A stretch of 64,000 nt of DNA from Chiloscyllium plagiosum (lineage: Eukaryota): positions 1,576,023-1,640,022 of the forward strand of contig NC_057753.1 in NCBI RefSeq assembly GCF_004010195.1. Reading direction: 5' to 3'. This document shows, one piece after another, positions 25,028 to 37,784 of the stretch. Both the position numbers and the translations under genes were made by a program. The notes beneath the pieces are model-generated. The model searched no databases. It was not told the DNA's origin and worked only from the letters and a program-made list of their open reading frames with translations. Position 1 is the stretch's first letter; each line of letters begins with the position of its first letter.

Positions 25028-25926
25028 TCACTTTGATAGCAGTATCAGGGGAAACTTTACCAATTTCTTTACCTGCTCTCTAAATTTACTCTGGGTCCCT
25101 GCATAAATAAATGGATTGATGCAGGAACTCAAAAGCTGAAGCATAAAACCGCCTTCCTCAAGAATAAAATTTGATTCGTTGTAATTTGAACCTGAGAAAT
25201 AACTGACATTTGCAATTTGAACACAGAGGAATGTCAGGAGAACTAATAAATACGACAGGAGGAAACTGCCCGAGATGGCGAAGAGTAAAACTATGGATTT
25301 TCTCCGTTTTTCCATTTCTGGGTCACTCTTGTTCTCTCCATTCTTCCTGGTCAGGATTCTCCTGCGGGCTCTACTGGCCAATACAATGTCCCTGACAGTG
25401 AGGGCATTGAGCAGCAAAATCAGAATGAATGGAAGACAAGGGTTTAAAATTACTATTATCCAGTCGAATGCAATCCAAAAGGGTGAGGTATAGTATATTG
25501 ATTTGAGACTGCAATACCAAGGTACATTGTTAATGATAAAGGAAGACTCATAAATAAAGTACAAGGGTATGTTTCTGAGAAGGCTTAGAATGCCGGCCAT
25601 TGATATAACCACAGCTGCTACTTTCTCCGTGCAATATTTCATTTTTAGCTTCTGGCAGCAAATGGCAATGAATCGATCCAAGGTGAAAGCGACAGTTACC
25701 CAAACAGAAGAATCCCTGACTCCATAAAGTAACATAAGATTGGTGCTACAGACTGGAGTGATTGACAGGAACGTCATTGTGAAATAAATACCCACAATCC
25801 GGTTTAATATCACAGCTGTGATAATGACCAGGGCATCCGTTATCGCCATTGATACCAGGTAATATGCAATACATTTCGAAAGACCACACCTTTCCCGTGT
25901 CAAGATAACAATCACTGAAAGGTTAG
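25028..25926 (-). CDS. GPR139-like orphan class A GPCR copy A, exon 2 (of 2); 322 aa spliced protein
   Basis: Open 7TM frame with TM3 DRF, TM3 (PVC) and ECL2 (WYC) cysteines and TM7 NPFIY. Acceptor TTTCATAG| at 25927-25928; TGA at 25028. Confidence 0.93.
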
Positions 25927-27497
25927 CTATGAAAATGAGACATAATGAGCGAATAAACGTCATTTATAAATGAGGATGCAGCTAAAGAAAGACAAAAACA
26001 GATATTTGTTACTGCTCAACTTTCTGGAAGCAATTGCAAAGTGAGAAAAAGTTCACATTTTGAACTGAAGTTATTTTTATTCAACTGTGGAATAAATCTC
26101 TAATCAGCAGCAAACTCTCAGCATTATGTAATAGTCGAAATAGGAATATATTTCGACTTTGACATTCTTTCTCGATAATTCAGTTGCAGGAAATTCATTG
26201 TATTCTGCTCTCAGGCATTTTTGTTATTGAAGAACAAATGCACTGAATTCTGAAACATTCATAAATTGAAGAAGCAATAATATTATTTCGAACAAGGAAA
26301 TGGCTATAAAGAAGTAGATGACATTGAATTTAAAGAAACCCTAGAGGTTTTACATTGACACAGTTATCCAGGAAGAGGTCGCTTAAAGGCAAATGAAAAC
26401 TCACGCATGAAAGTAATGAAACCTGGGATTGCACCTGATAATGACATGAAGCTAAAGCAACATTGTTTTATGACCGAGAATAAAGCAACAAAATAGATGA
26501 AGTCCAGATATAGCCATGTTGGCAGTCCTCTCTGTTTTGAGTCCGATGACTTTTGTTTCAAATTTACTGCAAAATATCAGTACTGACTGAGCATTGCACT
26601 GCTTAGAGTGTTGCATTTATGCCAAACCAACACACGGAAGATGTGAGGAATAAGATTCGAATAGAAAATCTGACTGAACTTTCAAGAAGTTACTGTTAAT
26701 ATTCCATCACTAAACAACAAGAAATACACCATGGTAAAATTGATGGACATCACTAGCTGTGCAGTTAAAAAAGTGATGCATTTGCAACGTGATAATTAAT
26801 TGACAGGTATAGTGTACAAAACATAATCTAGGTGCAATTACGTAACCATTCCACTGAGGCAATTCACATGCAGTAATGACGTTAGGAACGCAACAGACCA
26901 ACATTTCTGACTTCTGATGATATTAATTAACTAGAAGAACGGGGAGGAAATGATACTGCTCAAGGAAAAACCGTATCCTAACCACGTAAAGAAGCTATGC
27001 AATTGAAACGATGAAATGACAGTGTTAATGTGGAGAAAAAGACAGAAATTCGCTGAAAACGTTTTATTGCTAAAAAATGGAAAAATTAATTACTTTAAAA
27101 GAAAGTGATATGTTCTAACTCAACAAAAGTAAATTTTCTTATACTCTCACTGAAACTTTGGCTGCTCTCTCGTGTGAGAGAGATAATTCACGAACGCTTC
27201 ACCTGAAGGTCACTGCGCCTCAGGTGAGGGGACAGACTGAGGAGAGCCCTTTATGCCAAAATTATCCAGTGCAGGAACTGAAAAACAAAACCTGCCATCC
27301 AGTTAAATGAACTAAATGACTCCCTCAAAATTGCATCGCCGGAATAGACAATCCTATTGAATCTGACCACTAAATACCAGAAAGTCAATCAGTTCCATAG
27401 ACAGCAGTATTGATAGATGAGAGAAAGGGCAAACTGAGAATAGAAAATTAAAGAAGCCATTAAAAATCCTATTTAACAACTAACGAATATCCTTCAC

Positions 27498-27567
27498 CTG
27501 GAATCCCAATAGTTGCTATGATTGGATAGTAAATAGCAAATACGAGCCCTTTTGGTACTCCATGCAT
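27498..27567 (-). CDS. GPR139-like GPCR copy A, exon 1 (70 nt, MHGVPKGLVFAIYYPIIATIGIP+G)
   Basis: ATG at 27567 and donor G|GTGAAG at 27496-27497. The phase-1 join gives GIP-A-NL; 70+899=969 nt, in frame. The same exon is found before copy B. Confidence 0.9.
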
Positions 27568-27618
27568 TTCTGTCTCTAGCTCCGATTGCGTTTGGCACTA
27601 CGGTGGATGATAGTCACA

Positions 27619-27688
27619 TTTATACCTGATGCCAGTCACCAGGGACACCACTGGATGTCTCGGGCTTTTGCAATTATTGCTCTAATTG
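27619..27688 (-). promoter_or_regulatory. Putative core promoter of copy A (TATAAA; O/E-like; two TAATTG)
   Basis: TATAAA (minus) at 27619-27624, 52 nt upstream of the ATG, with identical spacing in copy B. TCACCAGGGA at 27636-27645, CAATTA at 27671 and TAATTG at 27683. Confidence 0.5.
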
Positions 27689-29849
27689 GAGTGAATGTAT
27701 TACAGATGCTTGTTTTTGGCTTGTCATCAATTTTGCTGTATTAGAGATTTTATTCGGGGCACCAATGTGTAGTCTTCACAGGATGTGGTCTCCCTCATAA
27801 AAAAAGTGAAATGCTAAACAGACTCTTGTAAATGTACACAAGGTTGCTTTGCATGACATATCATTGTATGTGAATAAGATATGTCTGACCTGAGATACCT
27901 TATTTTATTGGAATATGTGCAATGTTTCTTCTCCTCTCATTATTCTGTCAGTTCGTTGGCTGATTACATTCAACTCTCTCTGAAACTGTATAACCACTTT
28001 AAAGCAGCAGACTGGTATACAGATTATGGGCATGTTCATTATATTTTATGTTGGCATTTCACAGCGCCATTTTGTCTTTATGATTACTTCCAGTGCAGAT
28101 AGGATCACGTTATTTTATATATTGACACGCCAAGTACATCTTAATCAGACTCAACTCAACATGCACAGGTCCAATTCAGCAGTTACACCAGAATTGACAT
28201 TTGCTGTTTTTTTGCCTATGCATTTAAAGTGGATAAAGCGTGTTCACTATGTTTGCATTCAGTGTAAACTGGTCCAGTGCATGCTATCGCATTCCATTTG
28301 CACAGGACCATGTCACTGTGGTTGTCTTCACTACAGAGTTTCGTGAAGTAGGGAGTGGTTAAATTCATTCATTGAACAGGTGGGGATTGGTCCAGTTCGA
28401 TCAGGTTAACTCAAGTGAAGACAGGCTCATTCACTACTCTGATAACAAAAGGACAGAACCATGTTCTCCTTATCAGGCATTTAGTCCGGGCAGAAACGCA
28501 GAGAGCAACACATCAACAAGTTAATGTCATTGTGGAATTGTCCAAGTTAATTTAATAATTAGTACAGTAAAAACAATTAGTTGTAATATTTATATCCTGT
28601 GTTGAAAATTCCCATTCTGCTCCAAGCAGTTACATTCAGTGTATGTCTGTTTAGCAGTTACTTTCAGAATAGACAGACTCAGCTGTATCTAGGATCAATT
28701 GAGGACAGTTGCATTTATTTTGCAGTTCCAGGTCAGCAGCGTGACCTTCAGTTTTTGACCAAGACTGTAACACGTTCAGGAGTAGGTGAGTGCAATGAGT
28801 TTCGAATGGTGAGGCAGTACGAGGCAAAATAGCAAGCGTTGCATTTCCTGCATTTGTTAGATGTTCTCGTAGAGGAACCTGTTGTTTCAAGCGTGAAACG
28901 TAGAAGGAAAATATGTGAAGTGAGAGGTAAGGACTGAATTAAAGAATATTTCGCAGAGAAATGCATTGATGATTGCACGGGTCAGTGAAGTCATGGCTGA
29001 TATGATAATCCTCACTTTCATTTTCCTGCCCTTTGCGTCGAACCCATCACTCTCTTCCTGATTAAAAGGTCAATCTAGCCCAGCCTTAGATATACATAGT
29101 GACACAACCTGTGCAGCTCGCAATGGTAATACATTCCACAAATTCACAACTCTCTGAGCAATGAAATCCCACCTTGTTTCCATCTTAAATGTAAAACCGC
29201 TTACTCTGAGATTATATACTCTAGTCCTAGACGCTCTCACGAAGAGAAAAACACTCACAGCATCTATACTGTCAAGCCATCTGCGTAATATAAATGTTTT
29301 CCTAAATTCACTTCGCATTCTTCTCGACTGCATTGTTTACAGCCCAACCTACTTGATCACTCCCCATGAGAAAATTCCGTCATGACTGGGATCAGTGAAT
29401 CTGCTCGAGACTGCCTCCGGTGGCATTGTATCTTATCTTAGGTAAGGGGACCATAACCGTCCACATTTTCCTTGGTGAAGTATAAGCAGTGCCTTGTATA
29501 GTTTTCACAAGGCTCCCGTATTTCTGGAATGCATTCCCCGAGACACAATAATATTCCAGTTTCCTTTCATATTATATAATTTTTATAAGCGAATGTGTTA
29601 AGTGATATGGGCCCAAGTCAGGCATATGGAATTCGGCTACAGCTCAAACATGATCGCATTGAAGGGTGGAGCAGGTGCAAGGGACTGAATGACCTTCTCC
29701 TGTTCTGATACGTGTGTTTTTGTAACGGTTTGAAAGCTGCAGGAAATTAATGCTAGCTTTCTGTATTTCAATTAAGATCAAGGGAGCAATAATTATTCTG
29801 AATGAATTTATTTTTTTTCTAATCACGCTTCTGTGTGGGTCCAAATTGC

Positions 29850-30039
29850 CCACAGAAATGCAGGAACACTATTACTGTTGTACTGTACCATCAATGGTGC
29901 AATACCTTAGCAGGGATGACCGTGGAGGAACAATGGCGGATATTTCTGTGTATAATGCAGAAGTTGCAGGATCAGTTCATTCCTAAAAGGAAGAAAGATC
30001 CCAGGAGGAGGCATGGGCGGCCGTGGCTGACGAGGGAAG
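29850..30039 (+). mobile_element. CR1 ORF2 fragment abutting the gap
   Basis: LAGMTVEEQWRIF...QDQFIPKRKK...RPWLTRE is the typical CR1 linker between endonuclease and RT. Confidence 0.75.
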
Positions 30040-30622
30040 NNNNNNNNNNNNNNNNNNNNNNNNNNNNNNNNNNNNNNNNNNNNNNNNNNNNNNNNNNNNN
30101 NNNNNNNNNNNNNNNNNNNNNNNNNNNNNNNNNNNNNNNNNNNNNNNNNNNNNNNNNNNNNNNNNNNNNNNNNNNNNNNNNNNNNNNNNNNNNNNNNNNN
30201 NNNNNNNNNNNNNNNNNNNNNNNNNNNNNNNNNNNNNNNNNNNNNNNNNNNNNNNNNNNNNNNNNNNNNNNNNNNNNNNNNNNNNNNNNNNNNNNNNNNN
30301 NNNNNNNNNNNNNNNNNNNNNNNNNNNNNNNNNNNNNNNNNNNNNNNNNNNNNNNNNNNNNNNNNNNNNNNNNNNNNNNNNNNNNNNNNNNNNNNNNNNN
30401 NNNNNNNNNNNNNNNNNNNNNNNNNNNNNNNNNNNNNNNNNNNNNNNNNNNNNNNNNNNNNNNNNNNNNNNNNNNNNNNNNNNNNNNNNNNNNNNNNNNN
30501 NNNNNNNNNNNNNNNNNNNNNNNNNNNNNNNNNNNNNNNNNNNNNNNNNNNNNNNNNNNNNNNNNNNNNNNNNNNNNNNNNNNNNNNNNNNNNNNNNNNN
30601 NNNNNNNNNNNNNNNNNNNNNN
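30040..30622. other. Assembly gap (583 N)
   Basis: Run of n characters. Confidence 1.
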
Positions 30623-30903
30623 CTGCCTCACAGCGCCAGAGACCCGGGTTCAATTCCCACCTCAGGCGACTGACTGTGTGGAGTTTGCACGTTCTCCCCG
30701 TGTCTGCGTGGGTTTCCTCCGGGTGCTCCGGTTTCCTCCCACCATCCAAAAGATGTGCAGGATCAGGTGAATTGGCCATACTAAATTGCCCGTAGTGTTA
30801 GGTAAGGGGTAAATGTAGGGGTTTAGGTGGGTTTCGCTTCGGCGGGTCGGTGTGGACTTGTTGGGCCGAAGGGCCTGTTTCCACACTGTAATCTAATCTA
30901 ATC
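30623..30903 (+). mobile_element. HE1-like SINE (5' end in gap)
   Basis: B-box GGTTCAATTCC, GGAGTTTGCACGTTCTCCCCGTGTCTGCGTGGG body, and TAATC-repeat tail. Confidence 0.9.
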
Positions 30904-30958
30904 CCCGCTACAGCCTTTCCAAGCTAGTTGCTGGTGTACAGGTCCGTACACTGCTTGC

Positions 30959-31462
30959 TGTAGCAATGCTGTAGCTTTAAGAAGAATGTTTTGTACTGGT
31001 TTCTTTTAGAGAGAGATTAGGGGAAAGTAGCTGAGCAGTCCATGTGAAGCCTTTGGTGATTTTTTAAGTTGGAACAATAGATGCAGCCTGAATGAGTGTG
31101 GTCAAGCTCCCACCACAGAACCAGGATTTTGCGTTTCTTGGGTTTTCGGTTGCAGTTACTGCTGGGGTCTCAGCAGGATTGGAAGGCAATGAATCTCACT
31201 CGACTGCTACACTCTCTCTCTTTTCTCTGGATGTTTTTCCTCCAGGGCTAAATTCTGTTTTCTGAATTTGTCTTTTGCCAAGGGTGTTAATAGGATGTTA
31301 CTACATTGGAACAGTTACTGTTTAGTAGTAAAATAATCTATTGTTCTGTTAGGTTTTTCAATAGAGTTAAGTTATTCCAAGTTCCTCTTTCTTTTGTTGT
31401 ATTTTAACTATAGTGTTTGAATAAATTTTGTTTGCTTAATGTCGAGTAGTTTGACCAATTGA
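30959..31462 (+). mobile_element. Truncated LTR, same family as 42353-42977
   Basis: Starts TGTAGCAATGCTGTAG and shares TTGCCAAGGG, AATAAATTTTGTTTGCT and GAGTAGTTTGACCAATTG-like blocks with the 42.4-kb LTR. Confidence 0.65.
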
Positions 31463-32127
31463 TGGGGTTGGCAGATTCCAAATGTTCTTAGAGGAGGAGT
31501 GCGTGCATTTGGTGCCCATAGTTTGTGCCCTGGTCTTCAGTTTGGTCACAGTTCCGAAGTGTTGCCGGTTAAGATCCTGAAACTCTCTCCCTAACAGTAT
31601 TGATGGGCCTACCTACAGCACATGGACTGGAGTACTTCAAGCAGGCAGCTAACTACTACCTTCTCCTTTGTTCCCAGTGTTAAAACTTGCAACTTTTTCA
31701 GTAAGTTTCAATTTGAATTCCTTTCATTATCGGGATCAAGTCATAAAACTTGTCTCTAAGCAAATTTGATATGAGGTCAAATGTGGTTAACTCTGGGCAA
31801 ATTTTGTAGGAGGTCACATTCCCCATCACCAAACAATTTCATTTTAACTCGCTTTAAGGCAGACAACTTAGAACAGATCTATCTTGTATCAAGTACAATA
31901 TTCATAACAACAAAAGATGGAGCAGTGGAAATTAAGGATGCACAACAGAGAATGGAATTGGAAGAGTGTAGAGACTTTGGGGGTGGGAGGGAAATATTGC
32001 TGGCCTAGGAGCGGATCATTAAGGTTACTAGAACCAAGTCTACTACTATTGCAGGCAGTGCACTCCGTGCCCCTACTACACTCTGAGTAAAGAAACTACC
32101 TCTGACTTCTGTCCTATATCTATCACC

Positions 32128-32686
32128 CCTGGAGTACTGTGTGCAGTTCTGGTCTCCAAATTTGAGAAAAGACATTCTGCTATTGAGGGAGTGCAGCGTA
32201 GGTTCACGAGGTCAATTCCTGGAATGGTGGGATTACCTTACACTGAAGGACTGAAGCGAGTGGGCTTGTATACCCTTGAGTTTCGAAGACTGAGAGGGGA
32301 TCTGATTGAGACTTATAAGATTATTAAAGGATTGGACATTCTGGAGGCAGGAAACATGTTTCCGCTGATGGGTGAGTGCCGAACCAGAGGACACAGCTTA
32401 AAAATACGGGGTAGACCATTTAGGACAGAGCTCAGGAGAGACTTCTTCGCCCAGAGAGTGGTGGCTGTGTGGAATGCTCTGCCCCAGAGGGCAGTGGAGG
32501 CCCACTCTCTGGATTCTTTTAAGAAGGAGTTGGATAGAGCTCTCAAAGATAGTGGAATCAAGGGTTATGAAGATAAGGCAGGAACAGGATACTGATTAGG
32601 AATGATCAGCCATGATTATATTGAATTGCGGTGCAGGCTCGAAGGGCTGAATGGCCTACTCCTGCACATATTGTCTATTGTCTATT
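32128..32686 (+). mobile_element. CR1 LINE 3' end, relatively young
   Basis: Uninterrupted 134-aa ORF2 C-terminus (32191-32595) and a TATTGTC-repeat tail. Confidence 0.9.
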
Positions 32687-32698
32687 GAAGAGTGTTGC

Positions 32699-32959
32699 GA
32701 ATGAAAACAAACGGTCGTGTGAAAACCTAAAACGAGTCCACTGTGACCCCCAAAATCTCAAGGTGATATCTGCTTGGGGGAAAGTGTTGGGTCATGGTGT
32801 GGGAGTCCAGTGTAGAGAAGAAGAGGTTGAATGAAAACAAACGGTCGTGTGAAAACCTAAAACGAGTCCACTGTGACCCCCAAAATCTCAAGGTGATATC
32901 TGCTTGGGGGAAAGTGTTGGGTCATGGTGTGGGAGTCCAGTGTAGAGAGAGAAGAGGTT
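32699..32959. repeat. 130-bp direct tandem duplication
   Basis: GAATGAAAACAAACGGTCGTGTG starts at both 32699 and 32829; the copies are essentially identical apart from the end. Confidence 0.95.
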
Positions 32960-33624
32960 ATTTCATGTTTGCTTTTTTTTGGTTCATATTTTGTGAAGTT
33001 GCTGAACAGAATAATTTGAAGCACAAATCAGGGTCTCAGCATTAAAGAGTGACACCATGCTAACTCATAATTTTATTGTAAGTGTCATCAATAAATTCGA
33101 TTATATAGTATAAGGTGCTTTCAGGTTGAAGGTAAGTCAGAGAAATACTTACAGACTGGAATAAAATGTCTGAAAATCGAAAGAAGGACTAAGTTCTTGA
33201 AAGAGAGATGCCAGGCCGGGTGATATGTCGTAACTGTATGATGTTGCGAAATGATAGGCACCATTCTGCTTCATCGTGAGTAAGCAAAAACTGAAAGAAA
33301 GGTCATACCGCAAATCAGACACTAAAACAGAAGCTACTGGAAAAGCTCAGAAGATCTGGCAGCATCTACGCAGACAAATCAGAATTATCTTTTCAAGTTG
33401 AATGAACCTTTCTCCGAGGAAACATCAACTCTCACATCCCCGATGTGTCCCAGTGTTCGGAGTTCGGACGCTAGATCATCATCTCTGTGCAGTATTACCT
33501 CATGGAACCGACACTAGCGATGTAAACGCAGCACGTCTGGCAACATCTGAGAAGTGGGAAATGAGAGTTAATGTTTCGGGTATAATGACCCTTTCTCTGA
33601 GGAAACATTAACTGAGTGTGGATG

Positions 33625-34205
33625 TCATAGAGTCATACAGACGTACAGTAAAGAAACAAGCGCTTCATTCCTACTCGTCCATACTGACCAGACATCCTAA
33701 ATTAATCTCCCCCCATTTTTCAGCACTTGGCGCACATCTTGCTAAACCTGTCCAATTCATTTACCCATATATATTTGCCTTTTAAATGTTATAGTTGTAC
33801 CAGCCTACACCACTTCCTCTGGCAGTTCATTTCATATACGCAGCATTCTCTGCTTGGAAAAGTTGCCTCTTAAGTCTCTTAAATTTTTCTACTCTCGCTC
33901 TCAACCTATGCCCTCTAGTTCCAGACTCCCCCATCCCGGGAAAAAAGACATTGTCTATTTATCCTGTCCTTGTTCCTCACGATTTTAAAAACCATGACAC
34001 AGTCATCCCTCATCCTGGTTCACTCCAGGAAAAACAACCCCAACCCCAGCCGCAATCCATTCAGCCTCTCTCTCCAGTTCAAACACCACAACCCTGGTAA
34101 CATCCTTTTAACTGTTTTCTGAAGCCTTGCAAGTTTCACAACAACCTTAATATAAGAGTGAGACCAGAATTGCACACAATATTCCAAAACCAATATCCTG
34201 TACAA
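33625..34205 (-). mobile_element. CR1/HER1 LINE 3' end
   Basis: Minus frame LEYCVQFWSHSY...KRMLPGL; reverse TCATAGAGTCATA tail. Confidence 0.8.
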
Positions 34206-34544
34206 CCAGAACACGTGCTGGACCAAAGTGTATGTTTCCATACTGTACACCTATGACTCTGTTTCTGCAGTTGTGTTACCAAACGGGCAATTTGGACACA
34301 CACAAAAGCATGATCAGACAAACTGATCAAAATCCTTGATAGTCATCACTGCTCTAATGACCTAAATCGAAAATACAGAAAGTGTGCATTTATTCGGTGT
34401 GTCATTTAAATTGGCAAAAGAGAACAGGCGTAGGAATGGAATAGGTGATTCAGCCCATCGAGCCTATTCCCTTATTCAATAATATAAACCTTGGTCTATG
34501 ACCTAAATCCTTGTGTATTTCTTGGGCCCGTATCCCCGTATACT

Positions 34545-35170
34545 CTATTGAGTGCAGGAGTTGGGTGGTCATGTTGCGGCTGTACAGGACATTGGTTAGG
34601 CCACTGTTGGAATATTGCGTGCAATTCTGGTCTCCTTCCCATCGGAAAGATGTTGTGAACTTGAAAGGATTCAGAAAAGATTTACAAGGATGTTGCCAGG
34701 ATTGGAGGATTTGAGCTACAGGGAGAGGTTGAACAGGCTTGGGCTGTTTACCCTGGAGCGTCGGAGGCTGAGGGGTGGCCTTAAGAGGTTTACAAAATTA
34801 TGAGGGGCATGGCAAGGATAAATAGACAAAGCCTATTCCCTGGAGTGGGGGAGTCCAGAACTAGAGGGTATTGATTTAGGGTGAGAGGGGAAAGATATAA
34901 AAGAGACCTAAGGGACAACCTTTTCACGCAGAGGGTGGTACGTGTATGGATTGAGCTGCCAGAGGATGTGGTGGAAGCCGGTAAAATTGCAACTTTTAAG
35001 AGGCATTTGGATTGGTATATGAATAGGAAGCGTTTGGAGGGATATGGGCTGGGTGCTGGCAGGTGGGACTAGATTGGGTTGGGATATCTGGTCGGCATGG
35101 ACAGGTTGGACCGAAGGGTCTGTTTCCGTTCTGGACATCTCTCTGACTCTATGACTCTATGACTCTATAA
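34545..35170 (+). mobile_element. CR1/HER1 LINE 3' end
   Basis: RLYRTLVRPLLEYCVQFWSP...GAGRWD and a GACTCTAT x3 tail. Absent from the paralogous site near 60830. Confidence 0.9.
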
Positions 35171-37784
35171 ATAAAAAAAAGCATTGTCTGTCTCTGATTT
35201 AAATTTCACAATTGAATTAGCATCGACCATCGTCTGAGGAAGAGCGACCCATGCCTCCACGTGGTTTCTGACAATTGTTCAGGACGGCCTGTCTCTAATT
35301 GTCACTACATGTCACTTAGTTCTAGAATCTTCAACCAGTGGAAATACATTATCTTCATCTACCTTGTTGTTCTCTCTTAATAATTTTCGAACCTTGATTA
35401 GATTTCCCTTTACCTTTTACATTGTTGGAATTAAGGCCTAATTTGTCCAATCTGTCCCCATAACTTTATTTCCAAATCGTGTTATCAGCCTTGTAAACCC
35501 GAATTGAACGCTGTCCATGGCCAAAACATCATCCCGGGGTGTAGTGCCCATATCTGATCAACGTTATCCAATTGGAGTCAAACCAGGGTTTTGTGTAACT
35601 GCAGCATTACATTTATGTCCTTACACTGCAGCCGATTAGATTTGAACTCTCGCATTCCATTGGCCTCATTCACTGTTTTCTGCACCTATCCATGGAATTT
35701 TGAAGGGCTATGCAGTTGAACCCCCAAATCTGATTGGCCATCCACTTCATCCAATTCTCTGTCTTCGTAAAAATATAAATGCTTTTTTAAAAAATGAAAT
35801 GAACGCTCACCTCTATCGACAAAAGTTTATCACCCTAAGCAGTTTCCGTGAACGGTTTAATCTATTTCATGTTTGTCTCGAATAGCCATTACATCAGAAG
35901 TGATAGATACGATGAACGTTGCTTTGAGATGTAATAACATAGTAATTGAAACCTTCATGAAATAAAAGTTCAATATTAAGTTATCCAGTTAACGCAACAT
36001 TCATTACAATACCAGCCACTACATTTTGTTCCGTCTATCTCCTTTAGACTTAGGCTGAAGACATTACATTCATATACAAGGAATTATTCCCTGAGTTTTT
36101 TTGGTTGTCATTTTTCTTTGAGGAGTATGAAAATACTCTCTCTTTCTAGCAATCCGTCTTCAGCTTTACAGGCTATTCTGCCCATCTTCGCTCCTTTGTA
36201 ACTCCTGCCTCCCTTTGCATCCACTTGTCCAATGCTGTGGCTTCCATCCTCCTGGTCTCCAACCCTGTTTCATATCCCACGGCAGCTACTTCTGGATCTT
36301 GACTGCCCCACTACCTCAAGCCTTACTGAATGATGTTCCTTATCTTGCCACGGCTATTTCAATTGCAGGCTGCTTCATTCACTTGTTTGCTGCTCATCGG
36401 CTAGTCAACGATTCTGTCCACTCTACTGCTTTTCTGTGATTGGTTGTCACTATGACTGAACTTTAATGAAAGTTTTACTGGCTTTCAGAGATGAATTTAC
36501 TGAACTCTGCCATGCGTTTGACTGTTCCATACCAGAAAATTGGGCGAATTCTTAAATCCTGCTGGTTTTTCTTTGGTCACCATGATTGTCACATTGATAT
36601 AATCTATTACCTCCTGCACCTTTTGAGGCTTTCAGCATTGCTACTACATTAAAACGTGAGTGAAGGCGCAGCAATAAGTCTTTGGTCTTGTTACCCCTTT
36701 TAATTTGATGGTAGGGCATCTCCATCGCCAAGGTCATTTTCCACAAGATCCCAAAATCCAAAACAAAGATGGTATACTCATGCAATGTGAGACAAGGTGA
36801 GCAAAAAAAATAATACATGCATCGGTGACAAAGTACATTCGTTGATAGTTAGTAAAGAAAGCATGAACTGCACACGTTTTCTCAAATGTAGCTGCTCTCT
36901 TTAAATAATGATTCAAAACAGAGTAATTTGAACTTCAAATGAACACGTTTGCATTTTGGAGCTGACGGACCCATGAGCAGCTCATCCAGTCAACAACAGG
37001 ATTGAACCAATTTGCAAACACAGATGAATTGACTGTCTTGATCTCTCATAAAGTCACTAATATTGACGTGAAAGACGGAGTCAGGTGCTCCTGCAACTGA
37101 ATCTGAGAAAACTTAATCACTTTGTATCTTTCTTTCCCTAAAATAGGGGAACAGGAATACCTAAACAGGGATGCCAAGAAACCGGAGGCACGTGCAGCTC
37201 TGTTGAAATGCCTTTCTCTTTCAGTCAGCAACAAGAGACATGAAGGTGATTCAGGAACCAAATTCTTTCTCAGATACTTTATGGAGCTGGTTGTTTCCAG
37301 GAATTACAGTGTGACAGAGAAATCTAAGAGCTTCTTCCGCGGGAGTGCACTGCTGGGATCGATAGGATTATGTTATTCAGATTGGACCAACTTGAAATAT
37401 TGAACCAAGGTGAAAGATTTAGCTCAGAGTGCAATTTCACTGCATTAGAGATAATTTTCAAGACCTTAAAGGATAATTCGAACCTTTCTTTATGTCTGTA
37501 TTTTCCAACTGTCGATCTTCGAAACAACATGGAAACAGCTTCTGTGGGATTCTGATTAGGAAGTGATCGAGCAATACCGAAACAAGAATCACCACCATCA
37601 TTTTTCACCAAGAAAGGAGATGAATACAGAGGTCGAACGCACTGAACACATGTCTAGGAACGTTTGCCTCAAGAGGCTCAGATTTTCTTGTAAGTTTGTG
37701 CTGAAATCTGCTGTGACCCGAAGGAAGACATCCTGATCAATTGGCCACGTTGTGGTTAAGATCACAACAGTTCTGCATTTCATT

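Noticed and set aside
25927..25963. ORF-track start codons for the GPCRs (25963 and 55378)
   Set aside because: Not conserved between copies and located in the intron upstream of the AG acceptor; a conserved exon 1 supplies the real start.
29835..30886. Long ORFs (216-311 aa) around 30 kb
   Set aside because: They read through the N gap; the flanks are a CR1 fragment and a SINE.
32191..32595. Clean 134-aa ORF
   Set aside because: C-terminus of CR1 ORF2 in a 5'-truncated insertion, not a host gene.
37122..37611. ORFs of 93-95 aa on both strands inside the inverted block
   Set aside because: No recognisable domain, and the + strand frame is broken in the paralogue at 1000-1450.
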